Below, in pieces: positions 48,749 through 61,474 of a stretch of DNA of 64,000 nt. The position numbers and the translations under genes were made by a program. A model generated the notes under the pieces. The model was not told where the DNA came from, did not search any database, and saw nothing but the letters and a program-made list of their open reading frames with translations. The stretch's first letter is position 1. The number at the start of each line of letters is the position of its first letter. Source of the DNA: Pseudogymnoascus verrucosus (lineage: Eukaryota); the NCBI GenBank assembly GCA_001662655.1, contig KV460263.1; one strand, 5' to 3'.

Positions 48749-51499
48749 TTACTCAACCATCACCCCTCCCCACCCCCCACCAAACTCCATCCCCCCCATC
48801 ATAAACCCCCCACTCTCCCCATGCATCCCCCCCACCATCTCCGCACCATCACCCCCCGCCCCGCCCTCCCCAAAATCAACCAGCGCCCCGAATTGCTCCT
48901 CAAACACCCCCTCCTCACCGCCGCCAACACAGTTCTCAAGTTTCATCCCCGCATCCGCATCATCATCATCCGGCGGCGTCGTCACCTCCCCAACCCCCAT
49001 CCCACCCGGCGTCGTCCCACTCGTCCCATCCCAAAACCCCGCCTGCACCGTCCCCATCATCGTCGTCGACGACGGCGGCGGTGCACCCGCACCACTAGCC
49101 CCCGTCGACGAGTCCGGCGGCGGCGTCAACCCCGCCCTCGCATTTGCCATATCCCCTCCTCTCGCCGACGGCGACTCCGCGGCGTCAATACCAGCCTTCC
49201 GCATCGCCGCGCCGAGGAACTGCGTCGCGAAGTCCGCGGCAGCGTAGTTATCGCGCAGGAGTTCGAGAACACCCATACACGTCGCGAAACCCCTTCGTGC
49301 CTCGTCGCGGGTGCCGCTGCTCGGACTCTTGATGTCGAGGAGGTGGATTATGATAGCGGGTAGGAGAACAGTGACGCCGGTGGTGGGAAGGTAACGCGCG
49401 AGTTGCAGATGGAAAAGCGCCTGTGCAGCGCGCGTGATCTCGCGGGATGCCTCGCGCACCTGTCGCCGCGACACGTCCTGGAGTGCGCGACATTGCGGGT
49501 GCGCGGCTGTTTCGGCCGAGGGGAGAACCTGCGGGCGGTGCAGCGCGGAGAGCGTGGCGTGGTAGCACATATGCAGTAGTGCGCGCTGGACGACGAGGCT
49601 AGCTTGTCCCGCGTCGACGTCGGCGGGGGTAGGGGCGCGGTAGAGGCAGGGTTCGGGGAGGGAGACGAGCCATTCCGCTAGTTCCGAGTCGCAGTCGCGC
49701 ACTTCGTCGGTCTGGTCGAGTTTCTTCGGGAAGAGCATCACGCTGCTGCGGGTGTTGCCTTCTTGGCCCATGGCCTGGCCCTGGTCGCGGATGAGGACCG
49801 AGTATTGCGCGCCGAGGACGTGGGAGATGCAGAGGCAGAGCTTGGCCTTGGCGATGCAGAGGTGTCCGAGGTCGGTGAGGAGACTGGAGTTGCGGAGTGT
49901 CCCGCAGGATGAGAGGATGTGCGAGGGGAACTCTTCCGTCTCGAAATCCTCGATCTCAAGCATCGGCACGTCGAAGTCCTCGTCCTTTATGCGAGTGGGC
50001 CTGCGCATACCGAGGGCAACGAGGCGGTCGCGCATGAAGCAGGACCACCATATCCGCTTCCATAGCTTTTGCTTCCGCGGGGGCATGGAAGTTGGGGAGG
50101 GGTTGCGGTGCAGACCGATTGTGTGGGCGAGGGAGATGGCGACGCCCATCCAGTGCCAGGTGTCCTTCTGGTCGTCTGGGGTCTCATACCAGTAGGTCAT
50201 GAGGAGGAGGGCCTGGACGATGGCGACGCGGTCGGTCTCGTAATCGAAATCGTACAGGGCCTGTAAAAGTTAGTTTCTGGGTGTTACCGGGGAAGCGGTT
50301 GCACATACCCTAGATTTCAAGTAGAACGCCTTCCTTGCGTCCTTCCTCGTGGCATACCCCGCCGCAGTGAGATACGACATGTCCACGAATGCCACGCCTG
50401 TGAACATAACCGCCTGAAACAACAACAAGCTGATTCTGCCAGAATCTCCCGTTCCCTCCTCCACGATACCCAGGAACTCGCGAAGCTCGATCAGTGGCAT
50501 ATATGGGTGCACATAATCGACGTAGGCGCTGAGCAAGGCGTCGCGGAAAGACACATCGGGGATGGTGAGCGCACCCTTCTTCCAGAGGTGGCCAACATCC
50601 TCGATGGGGATGCGCGCGTTTAACGGCCTGATGTAGGCGGGGAGAAGGCCATTGGTGAGCTGGCGTGCAGATTGCGGACGTTGTTGCGGGGGCGGGGGGA
50701 GTGGGTTGGTGGGCACGAAGGAGGTGGGTGCAAGTTCGGCTGCGAAGCCGGAGACGAGGTTTGTGAAGGTAGGTGGCTCGAGAGAGAAGACACCCGGAGT
50801 GGCGGATTGGTCGAAATTCGACATTTGGTTGTGGTCTAATGACTGTCAGCTAGGTCCTTCCAGGCAAAAAATGAGAAATGAGGAAAAGTAAAAAGTGAGT
50901 CGTACACAAACCATGCGGCACGTGGAAATTTCCCATCTCATCATCCTGATCGACAGAGCTGACGGAGTGGTCCTCGCCTAGGAAATTCCCATTCGAGATA
51001 TCGATTGGGTTCACGCTGCCGTTGGCGAGCGCCTCAACGGCCGAGAAGGAGTGCTGATGCGGGAGTTCCATGTGCGCGTGCCTGTGCGTGTGCACCCCCG
51101 GCGCGGGGCTACCTATGGTCTCCTCCGCGGTGGGCTTGAGGCTGTGGTATGGGTGCTTTCTGGGGTGTGTTAGTTGTATATTTTTTTCTGATCGCTCTGC
51201 TCACGTGAGGCAGGCTGGCGGGAGAAATAAATAAAAAGGTAAACGTACTTCCTCCTCCGGCTCTCAGTGACAATGCAAGGCACCTCATCTAAGCGGCAGT
51301 TCGTACACGGAGCTCCATGCTCGACGACGTTGCAGCGGACCTTTCGGGCGCGGCAGCACTGGCACGCTTTCGAGGCGCGGCGCTTGACGGGGCGGTTGGA
51401 GGCGGCGGTGTTGGAGGCATCGGCCTTGCGTTTGGGTGATGGCGGATGCGATGAGGGGGAGCGCGGGGAGCTGTCTGGGGAGGTGGTTGGAGGCGTCAT
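48749..51499 (-). CDS. farB: Zn(II)2Cys6 transcription factor, cutinase transcription factor 1-beta / FarB type
   Basis: KRRASKACQCCRARKVRCNVVEHGAPCTNCRLDEVPC; fungal_trans region YWYETPDDQKDTWHWMG, KRIWWSCFMRDRLVALGMRRP; introns 51160-51248, 50836-50905, 50261-50307. Confidence 0.88.
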
Positions 51500-53221
51500 T
51501 GTGATTGTGGTGGGGAGCTGTGAGGCATCGATCGGTAGCGCGTGTGATAAGTCGTGTGAGCTTATTTAGAGCTTGGGCAGCTTTTTGCTATTTGCAAGTT
51601 GGGCGGTGCTTATCTACAGCTGATTCTGTAAAGGGAAGCAAATTGGCCTAGGTAGAGGATATGGTCTCTGGATTCTTGTCTCTCTGTATTATGAAGATAT
51701 AGTGGTGGTGGTGGTGGTTGTCGATCTCTTTGTAATAAATAAATATGCAGTTAGAGTGGTGGAGTGGAGATTGTTTCTTTTCTTGGGTATGATTCCTTTT
51801 GTATAAGGCAATCAAAAGCAAGCAAGCAAGCAATGATACAGAATCGTATAAACAAAAGCAAATAGCCAGGAACCTCTTGGGTTGCGGAGGGACGGTGGAT
51901 GACAGAGAGGAGGGGAATCAAAAAAGTGAGGAAAGTCGGGGGAAGGTGGGGATGGGGCTCGACTTATATGAAATGGACGTTCCTTGGTTGGGACGGTAGA
52001 GGGAGAAGGTAGATAGGTGTACTAGAGGTACTAGAGGATTGTGGGATGGAGGGGAAAAAGAGGGGATGGGAAGGGAAGGGAAGAGATGGGGATGGGGGAT
52101 GGGAAGGAGAAGAGGAGGAGGAGGAGATGGAGAATGTGGAGAAGGGAAGATGGGAGGTGGGACAGGCCAAGTACCCCATGAAGTACCCCGTGTCTTGGTT
52201 TGCCGCATAGAGTAGAGAGGGTACTTGGTAATAATAGTGTAATGCAATACTATGACCAAGTATCCCTCGGTGCAGTGGCAAGCTTGTGACCAAGTACTCC
52301 CCATAAATGTGGACATCTAGCCAAACAGCAACTAGAGCAGTGTGTCCAGTAGCAGACAGCAGTTCAGTCAACTTCAGTCAAGTTCAGGGTCAGGCACGCA
52401 GGTACTCGGGTACTGGAGATACTTAGGGTGGTCACTCCAGACGCGCGGGCGGCCATTGGAGCGGGATTCAGGTACGTATCTTTCTGTCTTTCTGTCTCTC
52501 TCTCTTTGTTCTTTGCAGCATCGGCCGAGCGCCGAGTGAAAAGAAAGAGTGAGACTCTCCCACCGAGTCAGTCCAAAATGACGCACGCTATTCCACATGC
52601 ACGCTAGATTGATTACGGCATTAGTGCGGTTGGCACCATTAGACACGGTATTAGTGACGTCTGCCAGGGATGGTGGGTGGATGGTGGTGGATGATTTTGA
52701 TGGGGATGGATGGAAGAGTGGATGTCCGTCTCGCTGGGGATAGCGCGGAAATACTAACAGCAAGATGGAGATGGAGAAAATCCATGGAGAACCCCTGTCG
52801 CATCCCTGTCGCAAATTCTGGTCTCCAGGTCTGCAAAAAATTCCCAAAACAGCCCGAAGGGGGAAGGCGGCGAAGATGAAGGGCTGAGGGAGATTGCTGG
52901 CCACTGCTGGCGATTGGATCTATACTTCATAAGGGTATGTGTGGGTCCACCATAACATGGTAGAGATCCACTTGGGCAGAGAAGAAAGAAGCTGACTAAC
53001 TTACTGTGGTATAAAGTATGTACAGTACAGATGTACAGTACAGTAGGGACAGCCCACTCGTGATCGGCGGTGGAGAGAGGGAGAGAGACACACAGAGGAA
53101 TGAGGGGATGAGGGGAAACAAAGAGGGAAGAACGAGCGAGCAGCTAGAGTCAACTAAGGGCAGCTAAAGGCCAGCTAGTTTACATAGTAAAGGCAGCAGA
53201 GAGGCAAAGAGGGAAAGAGCG

Positions 53222-53267
53222 ATGGAGTCCAAAATGGAGTCCAAAATGGAGTCCATACAGTCCATAC
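53222..53267. repeat. 12-bp tandem repeat (ATGGAGTCCAAA) about 3 copies
   Basis: atggagtccaaa atggagtccaaa atggagtccata cagtccata. Confidence 0.8.
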
Positions 53268-54796
53268 CAGTCCCACAATGGAGTCGCCATGGAGAGTGCC
53301 GTACAAGTCCCGTGTCTATCCCTCATGCGTCCAAGGTGTGTTGTGTGTGTGTGTCCACGATGTCCGTCCATCCACCACCCTCACCCTCGCCCATCCCGAG
53401 TCCATCCGTACGTAACCCCTCATGCTAATCCCAACCTGGCAACCGCTGTGTCACTCCTCACCCAAAACCGCTCTATGCACACAGTTTTTTTTGGGCTTTT
53501 CTCTGTGGCTTTTCACTCTCTCTCCAACTCTCTCCGCTCCTCCACTCCAACGCCCCCACTCTCTCCAATTCTGCTTCGTCGCTATTGGCTGTCCTGTCCG
53601 TCCCTCTTTTCTCCTACTGCCTCCATCGATTCCCGCTCCTCTCGCTTCCCACCCATGCCAAGAACCCACCCACAGCACAAACATTCAAGAGAGAGACGAG
53701 ACATACAGTACTCCATACACTATGGGTGCACACTGGAGGTGGATCACGTGGAGTTGAATGGGGAATGAGACACGAAACGCGAAACACAAAGCAGATCAGA
53801 CCAGAGACTGGCATAACCGCAGAGATTGAGACGGACGGAGATCGCAAATCACATGTGCTTATGCATGCGTGCGCCCTCTCTCTTTTCCCTGGGTGCATAC
53901 ACTGCATACACAACTCATACAAACTCCTGCGTATTCGGCGCATTGAAACGGATGGCATGGGGCATGGATACAGGATACGACGGCATCAATCGACCATACT
54001 CTATTATTGTGTGGCGTTTATGGTATACAAACACGCAGGTACACACTCTAAACTCTCCGACTTCGAACAACAACATCCGGAGTCGGCACCCCGGGCGGAA
54101 TATGTTTGAGGAGAGTCAGACTTGGAGAGGCATACACGGACGGACAGAGTGTAGTACTAGGAGCCTACTAGCATCCTTCCTCACTCGGCACACTACCGAA
54201 TTTCACCCTCTCTCCCCAGCCATTTACACGTCTCCACTTTAAAGCAACATCCCACCAATCAGCACACCCCAAACTCAACAGAAACGGCGGTTGCTCATCG
54301 GGAGGTCTCCACTTTTCTTTTCCCTTCCCTCTCTCTCTCTGTGTCTCTCCGCACACAAAACGGCACAAAACGTACATAAAACCCACAGAAACACGCACAC
54401 GGAAGCAGGCTGGGGCTGGGGGGACCAATATCCATACTATCCACGAGATGCATAATCCCCATACTGTACATCCTGGTTGCAGGCTACAACAGAGACAGGC
54501 CTAGACGGATAGACAGGCAGGCAGCCTGACTGACAGACAGGGACAGACTGGACAGACTCAGAAATGAAGATTCAGACAGACTCAAACGAGCAAAAGGAAA
54601 CGAGCGAGGCTCAGACCCTTATGCGATCTACTTCTACTTTTACTTTTCTTCTTAGTTAGTCCATCTATAAACAGAACAGAACAGTATATGTACCTTTTTA
54701 CAGCAGAGCAGGTTCGAGGGTTTCACGCCTGGTCTTGACGCTGGGTTCGTCTGCCTGCGCGTGCGCCATCGAGTTACGTGCGCTTGGACGACTGTA

Positions 54797-54830
54797 TACG
54801 GCATGGGCTACGGCATGGGCTACGGCATGA
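54797..54830. repeat. 12-bp tandem repeat (TACGGCATGGGC) about 2.8 copies
   Basis: Directly visible. Confidence 0.8.
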
Positions 54831-56988
54831 AACATGAACGGCTATTGAGCGAACTACTGGTACTAAACCACAGAACGGACGAACGAACGAACTGCTCAAC
54901 AAACTCGAATCCTAATCCCATCTGCATGACTGACTGACAAAGTGGCCCATGAACACGCAATCTGAAGTCATTCAGACTGACCCATGAACGCCCACAATCC
55001 GCAATCCCATCAGCATGATTGACTGCCTTCCTTTCCTGACTTCCTAGCCGCCCATGAACGCGCAATTAACTCCCTTCCGTCCTCCCTTCTTCACCCATGC
55101 CCGCCCGCAATCCGCAATCCCCTATGCCATGCCATGCCAAGCCCCAACGCAGTGACCACAGCCACGCATCAACCACCACGACCACCATCACCACGGCCAC
55201 CACGGCCACCGCCATCGGTCATCAATCGCCGACAGCCCAGCCCAGACCACCACCCACCAAAGTTGACCGACCCCGCCATCCGCCGAGGGGCGCGGCGGAG
55301 GAGGGGGGAGGGAGTGCCAAGACTAGCGGCGGGTTGGTGGCACGGTACTTTTGTATGTGCTGTGGTGCGAATCGTACAAATCGTGTCGTACGTACTGTGC
55401 GAATCGAACTGTGGACTGTGGACTGGGGACTGTTTGTATGGAGCGCTCACGTAAGGGATGACTCCACGTGAGGACAGACTGACACAACACAGCAGGGGTG
55501 CAATGGGATGGGGAGGATACCAAGAGCTGGAGTGACTGTTGGGTGGGAATAGTGGCATTGTAGATGGCTCACGTGGTTACTCATGCTGTCAACTACTTAC
55601 CATCTTGACAACATTATACGCAGCATACAGAATACGCATACGCTCAAAACGCACACCACAAATAAAACCTCAACCCCCGATCCCTCCCGACCAAACCACC
55701 AAACCCTCATCCCTTCCCCAATTAGAGCCCTAACCCCCCCTGTCACCCACAGTCACCCACAGTCACCCACAGCCACAGCCACCACCACACCAAACTCCTC
55801 CCACTCCTCCCACCCAACCCTCGCCTTCAATCCCCAAATCCTCCTCCCATCCCTCCACCCGCATCCACTCGGAGAATTTGGAGAAAACAGTGGGTCCCCC
55901 TCCCCTCTTCCCTTCCACGGATAGCGGCATTCTTGCATCGTGCGGAGGCGGAGAGAGAGGGACGAACCAGCGACAGGGGTGGGTGTCTCCGCCGCTCCGT
56001 ATGTCCTGGTGGGTGGGCGGAGATTACACCAGGCAGGTGTACAGGTGGACAGTACAGTCACATGTCTCTTTACCGAGATGCCGAGATTCTACGTCCGTGC
56101 GGCAGCGTGTCAGTTTCGTGTGTGTTGCATTCTCCTCGTCTCCTGCCTTCCCCTCTCGAGACTTTTTACCCCACTTCAACTCTGGGTACGAGGGCGGAGG
56201 TGGTGTGGGAGGTGGGAGGTGGGAGGTGGGAGAGGAGGAGGTGGGGATTGCACGTGCCGACGACGACTTATTTTCCCCCTTAACCACCACAGTACACACA
56301 TGACGCGACGCATCACAGCACAACGCGACACCTCACTCACAAGCTCACAAGCTCACCACAACTAGCGAGGTCCGATCGATCATCGCAACGCTTCCCCTCT
56401 TCGGCCGCCGGGAAAGGGGTAGTGAGAGTAAGCATTATACTTTGTTTGGTACGCATAGGGTCCATGTACGCGTAGGGTCCAGTCCAGGCTAAGGCTAAGG
56501 CCACCGAACGAGCGGATGTCTTTGTCCTCTCCTGGGGCCGCGCTAAGGGGGTGAAAAAAAAAATGTTTGGGATGGATGCTGATGTTGATTGATCGTCCGT
56601 ACATCGGGGCTGAGTAGGGAGATAGGGGGAAAAGGGGGTGTTTTGAAAGTAGGCAGGTGATACTGATGCGATCGAGGTGGGTCACGTGATATGGGTGGTG
56701 GTTGTGGCCCCTTTTTTTTTTGGTGGGGGAGGAGAGGCCTACTGGTGGTGATGATGATGATGGTGAATGGTGAGTGAGATAGGATGCAGAGGTTATGAGT
56801 TGTAGATAGATTTACTCAATAAAGACTCAAGTGAAGTTGTAAAACATGCCATATACACATACTCTCCCCCATATCCTCCAACCTGGCAATGACATCACCA
56901 CACCCCCTTCTCTTCGTCTCAGTCGATCACACATCTCCAGACCGCCTCCTCTACCACTCCTGACCGCCCGCGTAGGACTATCCCACTA

Positions 56989-57273
56989 ATGCCCACCACA
57001 CCCCATCCATCATCGCCACCGGAAGACGCGCAGTATACACTCCCAGGCACGTACACCCGTCTCAGCGAGATCAGGTCCCCGCCGCCGGAGGAGAATCCGT
57101 ATGAGGGGGGGCGGTATGGACATTCTACGCTTGAAGAGGCGAGGGGAGTTGAACGGGTTGAAAGGGTTGAACGTGTGCCTGAAGACACAGAAGAAGAGCA
57201 GGAGCCGGGCTGCTTGTGTAAGGTCGTGAAGAGTTGGGTGAAGACCGCCATTCGTAAGAAGCGCGGGTCGTAA
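56989..57273 (+). CDS. Small hypothetical protein (94 aa)
   Basis: ATG-to-stop ORF convergent with the ABC-F gene; Pro/Glu-rich with VERVERVERV repeat and basic tail; no recognised domain. Confidence 0.35.
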   Translation: MPTTPHPSSPPEDAQYTLPGTYTRLSEIRSPPPEENPYEGGRYGHSTLEEARGVERVERVERVPEDTEEEQEPGCLCKVVKSWVKTAIRKKRGS

Positions 57274-57376
57274 ATCGGGATAAAATCGCTGACATGGTGG
57301 ATATCCGATATGATACCAATCCCCATCACAACTCCTATTTACACCGCCCATCCACAAGAGAGTCAACTCACTCACT

Positions 57377-60130
57377 TTAAATCCCCATCTTCGCGACCCT
57401 CTTCTCCATCACCCTCACGAACCCCTCCATCCCCTTCTCCAAAACCTTCATCTTCCCCCCGCTCAGCGAATACACCACTCTCCTCCTGTTATCCTCTTCC
57501 TCCTCCCCTCGACCGCCTTCATCATCTCCGTCGTCTGTGAACACCTCTCCTTCCACCACGCGACGAACAAGATACCGATCGTGCGTCACCAGCACCACCG
57601 CGCCATTATAGTCTATCAGTGCCTCACCAAGGGCAATGACAGTGCGGTAATCGAGATGGGTAGTCACTTCATCAAGAATAAGGAGGTTAGGACGGGACCA
57701 AAGGATACGGACGAGCGCAAGGCGGACCTAAAACACATATCAGCAGAGTAAACAATCTCAACGCGGCCGAAAAAAAAAACTCACAAGTTGTCCCCCCGAC
57801 AACTTCGCAATCGGCACATCCGACGCCGTCCGTCCCTGCAACCCAAACGACCCCAACAACCCCCTCATCTCCTGCTCCGCCAACTCCCCCGCCGAATCCT
57901 CCGCCAACAGCCTCAACGCCGTCAACCCCGCGTCCGCACGCCCAAGCGTCTGCAAATCCTCCACAGCATGCTGCGAATAATACCCCAACTTCAACCTCGG
58001 ATGCCTCGTCACCACCCCCTTATTCGGGCGCAGACTCTCAGTAAGCAGGTTAAGCAACGTCGTCTTCCCCCCGCCGTTAAGCCCGACGATGCCGATGCGA
58101 TCGCCGAAGTGGAGGGAGAGGGTTATGTTCTGCAGGACGAGGGGGGAGGTGGGGGCGTAGCGGTAGGAGACGTCTTCGAGGGAGATGAGGGGGCCGGGGA
58201 AGCGGAGGTCGGGGGCGGGGGGGAGAGAGATGGCGACGCCTTGTTCGTCTTTGGGGATTTCGATGGCGGCGTGTTTGCTGTCGAACCAGCCTGTTGGGGT
58301 TAGTTAGTCGATGTTCATTATGTGTAAAGGGAGGGGCATCGGGGGCTTTCAAGGGGATCATGGGCTCTCGCGGGTATCAGGGGCATCAGGAGATCAAGAG
58401 CACTCACCCATCCTATCAGACAGTTTAAACCGCTGTCCCTTCTCATTAACCTGCATCCCCGCGCCATCTTCAAGTCTCTTCTGCCGCGACTTCGCCATAC
58501 GGAGCTTATTATCATCCCCAGTCTTCTTCCCCACCTTAATCGTCTCCCGAATTGACTTCTCCAACCTCGCTGTCTCCTTCCCCTGCGCCTCCTGCATCCT
58601 CGTCAAGTTCAGCACTCGTGACCGAAAGTCCTCTTCGTACGCTGAGAGATTGCCACGGAAATACTCGAGGCTCTGCTCCTTTACCAGGATAACCTCCTCA
58701 GCGACACTGTCCACAAACTCGCGGTCGTGAGAGACTAGGAGCACCGTAGTCCCGGCTTGGCTATCGCGCAGGGCGATGAGGTGCGATTGGAGCCAGATGA
58801 TGGCACGGAGGTCGAGGAAATTGGTGGGTTCGTCGAGGATTAGTAGGTCGGCTTTTTGGAGGAGGGCGCGCGCGAGAGCGGCGCGCATGCGCCAGCCTCC
58901 TGAGAGAGTGGGGATGGATTTGGCGAGGGTGGCTTCGGTGAAGCCGAGAGCTGTAAGGATGGAACGGGCGCGGGTTTCCAGGGCTGGTAGAGGCATCTGG
59001 AATATGTCAGATGGTTGGGATAAATGCTTAGATGGGGGCTGGGCATACAGTTTCCAGCTCGGCTTCAAGGTCGACAAGCAGGGACGACGCAGTGAGGAAT
59101 TCGTCTTGGATAGCAGGGGAGTCGGGGTCTGCGATTTCTTCTGCAAGCCTGTACCGTAGCATCAGTACCTAAACTATCACATAACTTGATCATAACTTGA
59201 TTGTGAGGGCCATACTTCTCCGTTGCTTCCGCAACCTCCTTCTCAAATGCGATGAGGTCTTTTCTGGCCTGTGACCCACGCGCTCCACTCCGTCGATACG
59301 CATTATTCTGCACCTCCAGCAGATCACGGTTCAGGCGGTTATAACGCATCTGGCGATACCTTCGAACCTGTTTTATAACATCTTCACGATCTGAATCTGT
59401 TCCTGCCAAGGCTATGGCGTGGGTAAATATTAATTACACAGGTTTCCCGGAATGGGGGAAGAGGTGGCAAACCTTGTAGATCCTGGATTAGAGCAGTGCG
59501 TGACTGGTCTCCTTCGATGACATGTTGCAACACTGTTGTGTCTTCTGGCGCAGAGGTACTGGGTCCATCCTTTGCAGGGGAGAGGTTTTCAGCATCTGTG
59601 CTCGTCTGCTGAAGGATGGCGACACGGAGAGAAGGTGGAAGACCGGGGATTATCCTGTCTGCGAGGGCTCGAAGAATTGCTGGCGTATGCGTTAGCTTAT
59701 ATTGATCACTGCTGCTGCATAATAGACTGTATTTAGATTCCACTGGCTTCAAATGGCTGGTCGTGCTCTATATAGCTCTCAGAGTACCTACTTGACTTCC
59801 CACTCCCATTGCGCCCCAGCAGCGCATAGTGAATGCCAGACTTCAATCTTAGCTCGGCATTGACAAGAAGCTCTTTTTCTTGGGCAGAAGCTGTCTTGCC
59901 CTTTCCTTTCTTCGCTTTCCCAGCGGCTCCAGAGGGTGCAATACCAAGACTAAGCCCAGCAATATCGATCTACTCCCAATAGAGCTACGTCAGTCGAGGG
60001 TTCGTGAGGGGGTCGACAGAATAAAACCAACCTCTGTAGACTTATCGGTGTCAGATATGTGGAAGCGCGTCTGCTTGCAGCTTGCCACGATAATTGCCTC
60101 CGTGGACTCGTCGTCGGCGATGTTGGTCAT
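57377..60130 (-). CDS. ABC-F (non-transporter) ATPase, GCN20/ABCF3-related
   Basis: Seven-intron model; two NBDs GRNGSGKST / LSGGWRMR / LDEPTNFLD and GLNGGGKTT / LSGGQ / LDEVTTHLD; no transmembrane segments. Confidence 0.9.
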
Positions 60131-60487
60131 CTTGTATGTTGATATACCAGGGTGTGTATCCAGCCAGGCCCGTCCGTCGTTCTGCCCCGCGATTTTTGTG
60201 GCTGCTATCGCGATCTTATCAGGTACCCTTGTCCCCGTCACTTCGTGATTATATAAGCAGGTGGGTTGGCCTATTGACTCACACGGCGTGGGCGCATTTC
60301 TTAGAATCGTCTTGAAGGCATTTCAGTAGAATTGATGGAGCTTGTTAAGTTTCACATGAATGAATGTTTTACGTTACGTATAGGAGATGGGAGAATTTTG
60401 TTGAATTTTTCATATTTGTAGACTAATTTCTGCAGCTTTTTGTATATTATTACTATAGGACGTGGCAAAAAAAACAAAATAGCAAAA

Positions 60488-60545
60488 ACATACAACAGTG
60501 GGTATTCGCTAGTGGTCACCCACTCAACTACTAATCTACTTATCT
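60488..60545 (-). pseudogene. Truncated 5S rRNA gene (3' half only) with Pol III T-run terminator
   Basis: Minus strand reads GATTAGTAGTTGAGTGGGTGACCACTAGCGAATACCCACTGTTGTATGT-TTTT, the ascomycete 5S 3' end; the ACATACGACCATA 5' half is absent. Confidence 0.85.
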
Positions 60546-60784
60546 ATTCTGATTTGTGTTCTATGAAGCTAAATTGTAGAAGGGAGCTGAAGATTTGGGT
60601 TGGAAGGTATTTTGGAGGGCCAAAACCAGGAACAAATCGGGTGGGTAGCTCCCGCCACTTTCCCCGGCGCTAAAGCCACACAAATATACTCTATCTTATC
60701 ACAATTACATGTGACAGGTTGTGGCTGGTGATGTGGCTAGTAGCTGTTTTAATGTGTTTAACTTCCATCATGCCTATCGCTCCG

Positions 60785-61093
60785 CGTCAAGTGTAACCTC
60801 TCCAGTTTCTGTACGCTAGCCCTGAATTTTGACTTGTCCATCCTTTCTACGATGGGAATAATGCGCTCTAGGTTTAAAGAGTCCGTAATTCATCGAGCTC
60901 CCCCGACTGTGTGTCCAATATTAGTCGCAGCGGTTGCACTGTGTGCCTCCCTGTATGAGCAATGAAGGCAGGTTTCGGCCAGGCCGTATGTAACCAGGAT
61001 ATCTGTACGGCTACTCCATTTTTGACGCTGTCCTTTCCTGTGCTCCCATACGACTCCTTTAGGCTCGCCTGTACTACCAGACGTGAATATCAC
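60785..61093 (-). pseudogene. NRPS adenylation-domain relic
   Basis: A3 IFTSGSTGEPKGVVWEH, A5-like YGLAET, NIGHTVGAR*ITD...IIPI, A8 RKDGQVKIQG*RTETGE; in-frame stops and large deletions. Confidence 0.82.
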
Positions 61094-61474
61094 ATTGTCT
61101 TACGTCACATGATTGTGAGGCCAGTCGAGAGATTCTACTAATATTCAATCAATCGTTTCCTAGCTGACCACGATTAGCTTTGTCAATGTTCTCTCACATA
61201 GTTTCGATTGCTGAGACGATACAAGCATTAATTGAGCCCTAGTAAGCTTGGGAACGAGACTCCCTAATCTCAGTGGAGATCATGTAGATGAAATTTTGGG
61301 CGGAGGCGCAAGGAATAAAATTGTTGTTCTTGAGTAGTTGCTATATACTTCTTATATTAACCTTACTTTTAAGGTTATCCCTAACACTTTTTATATCTTA
61401 TGTCGAAGAACTCCGGTTTTGGCTGCCAAATCCAGCAGCTATCCGTCGCTGCATAATGGTGCCTTCACCACTCG

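Noticed and set aside
51500..56900. Many 60-176 aa ORFs upstream of farB
   Set aside because: Low-complexity, skew-driven open frames without domains or splice structure.
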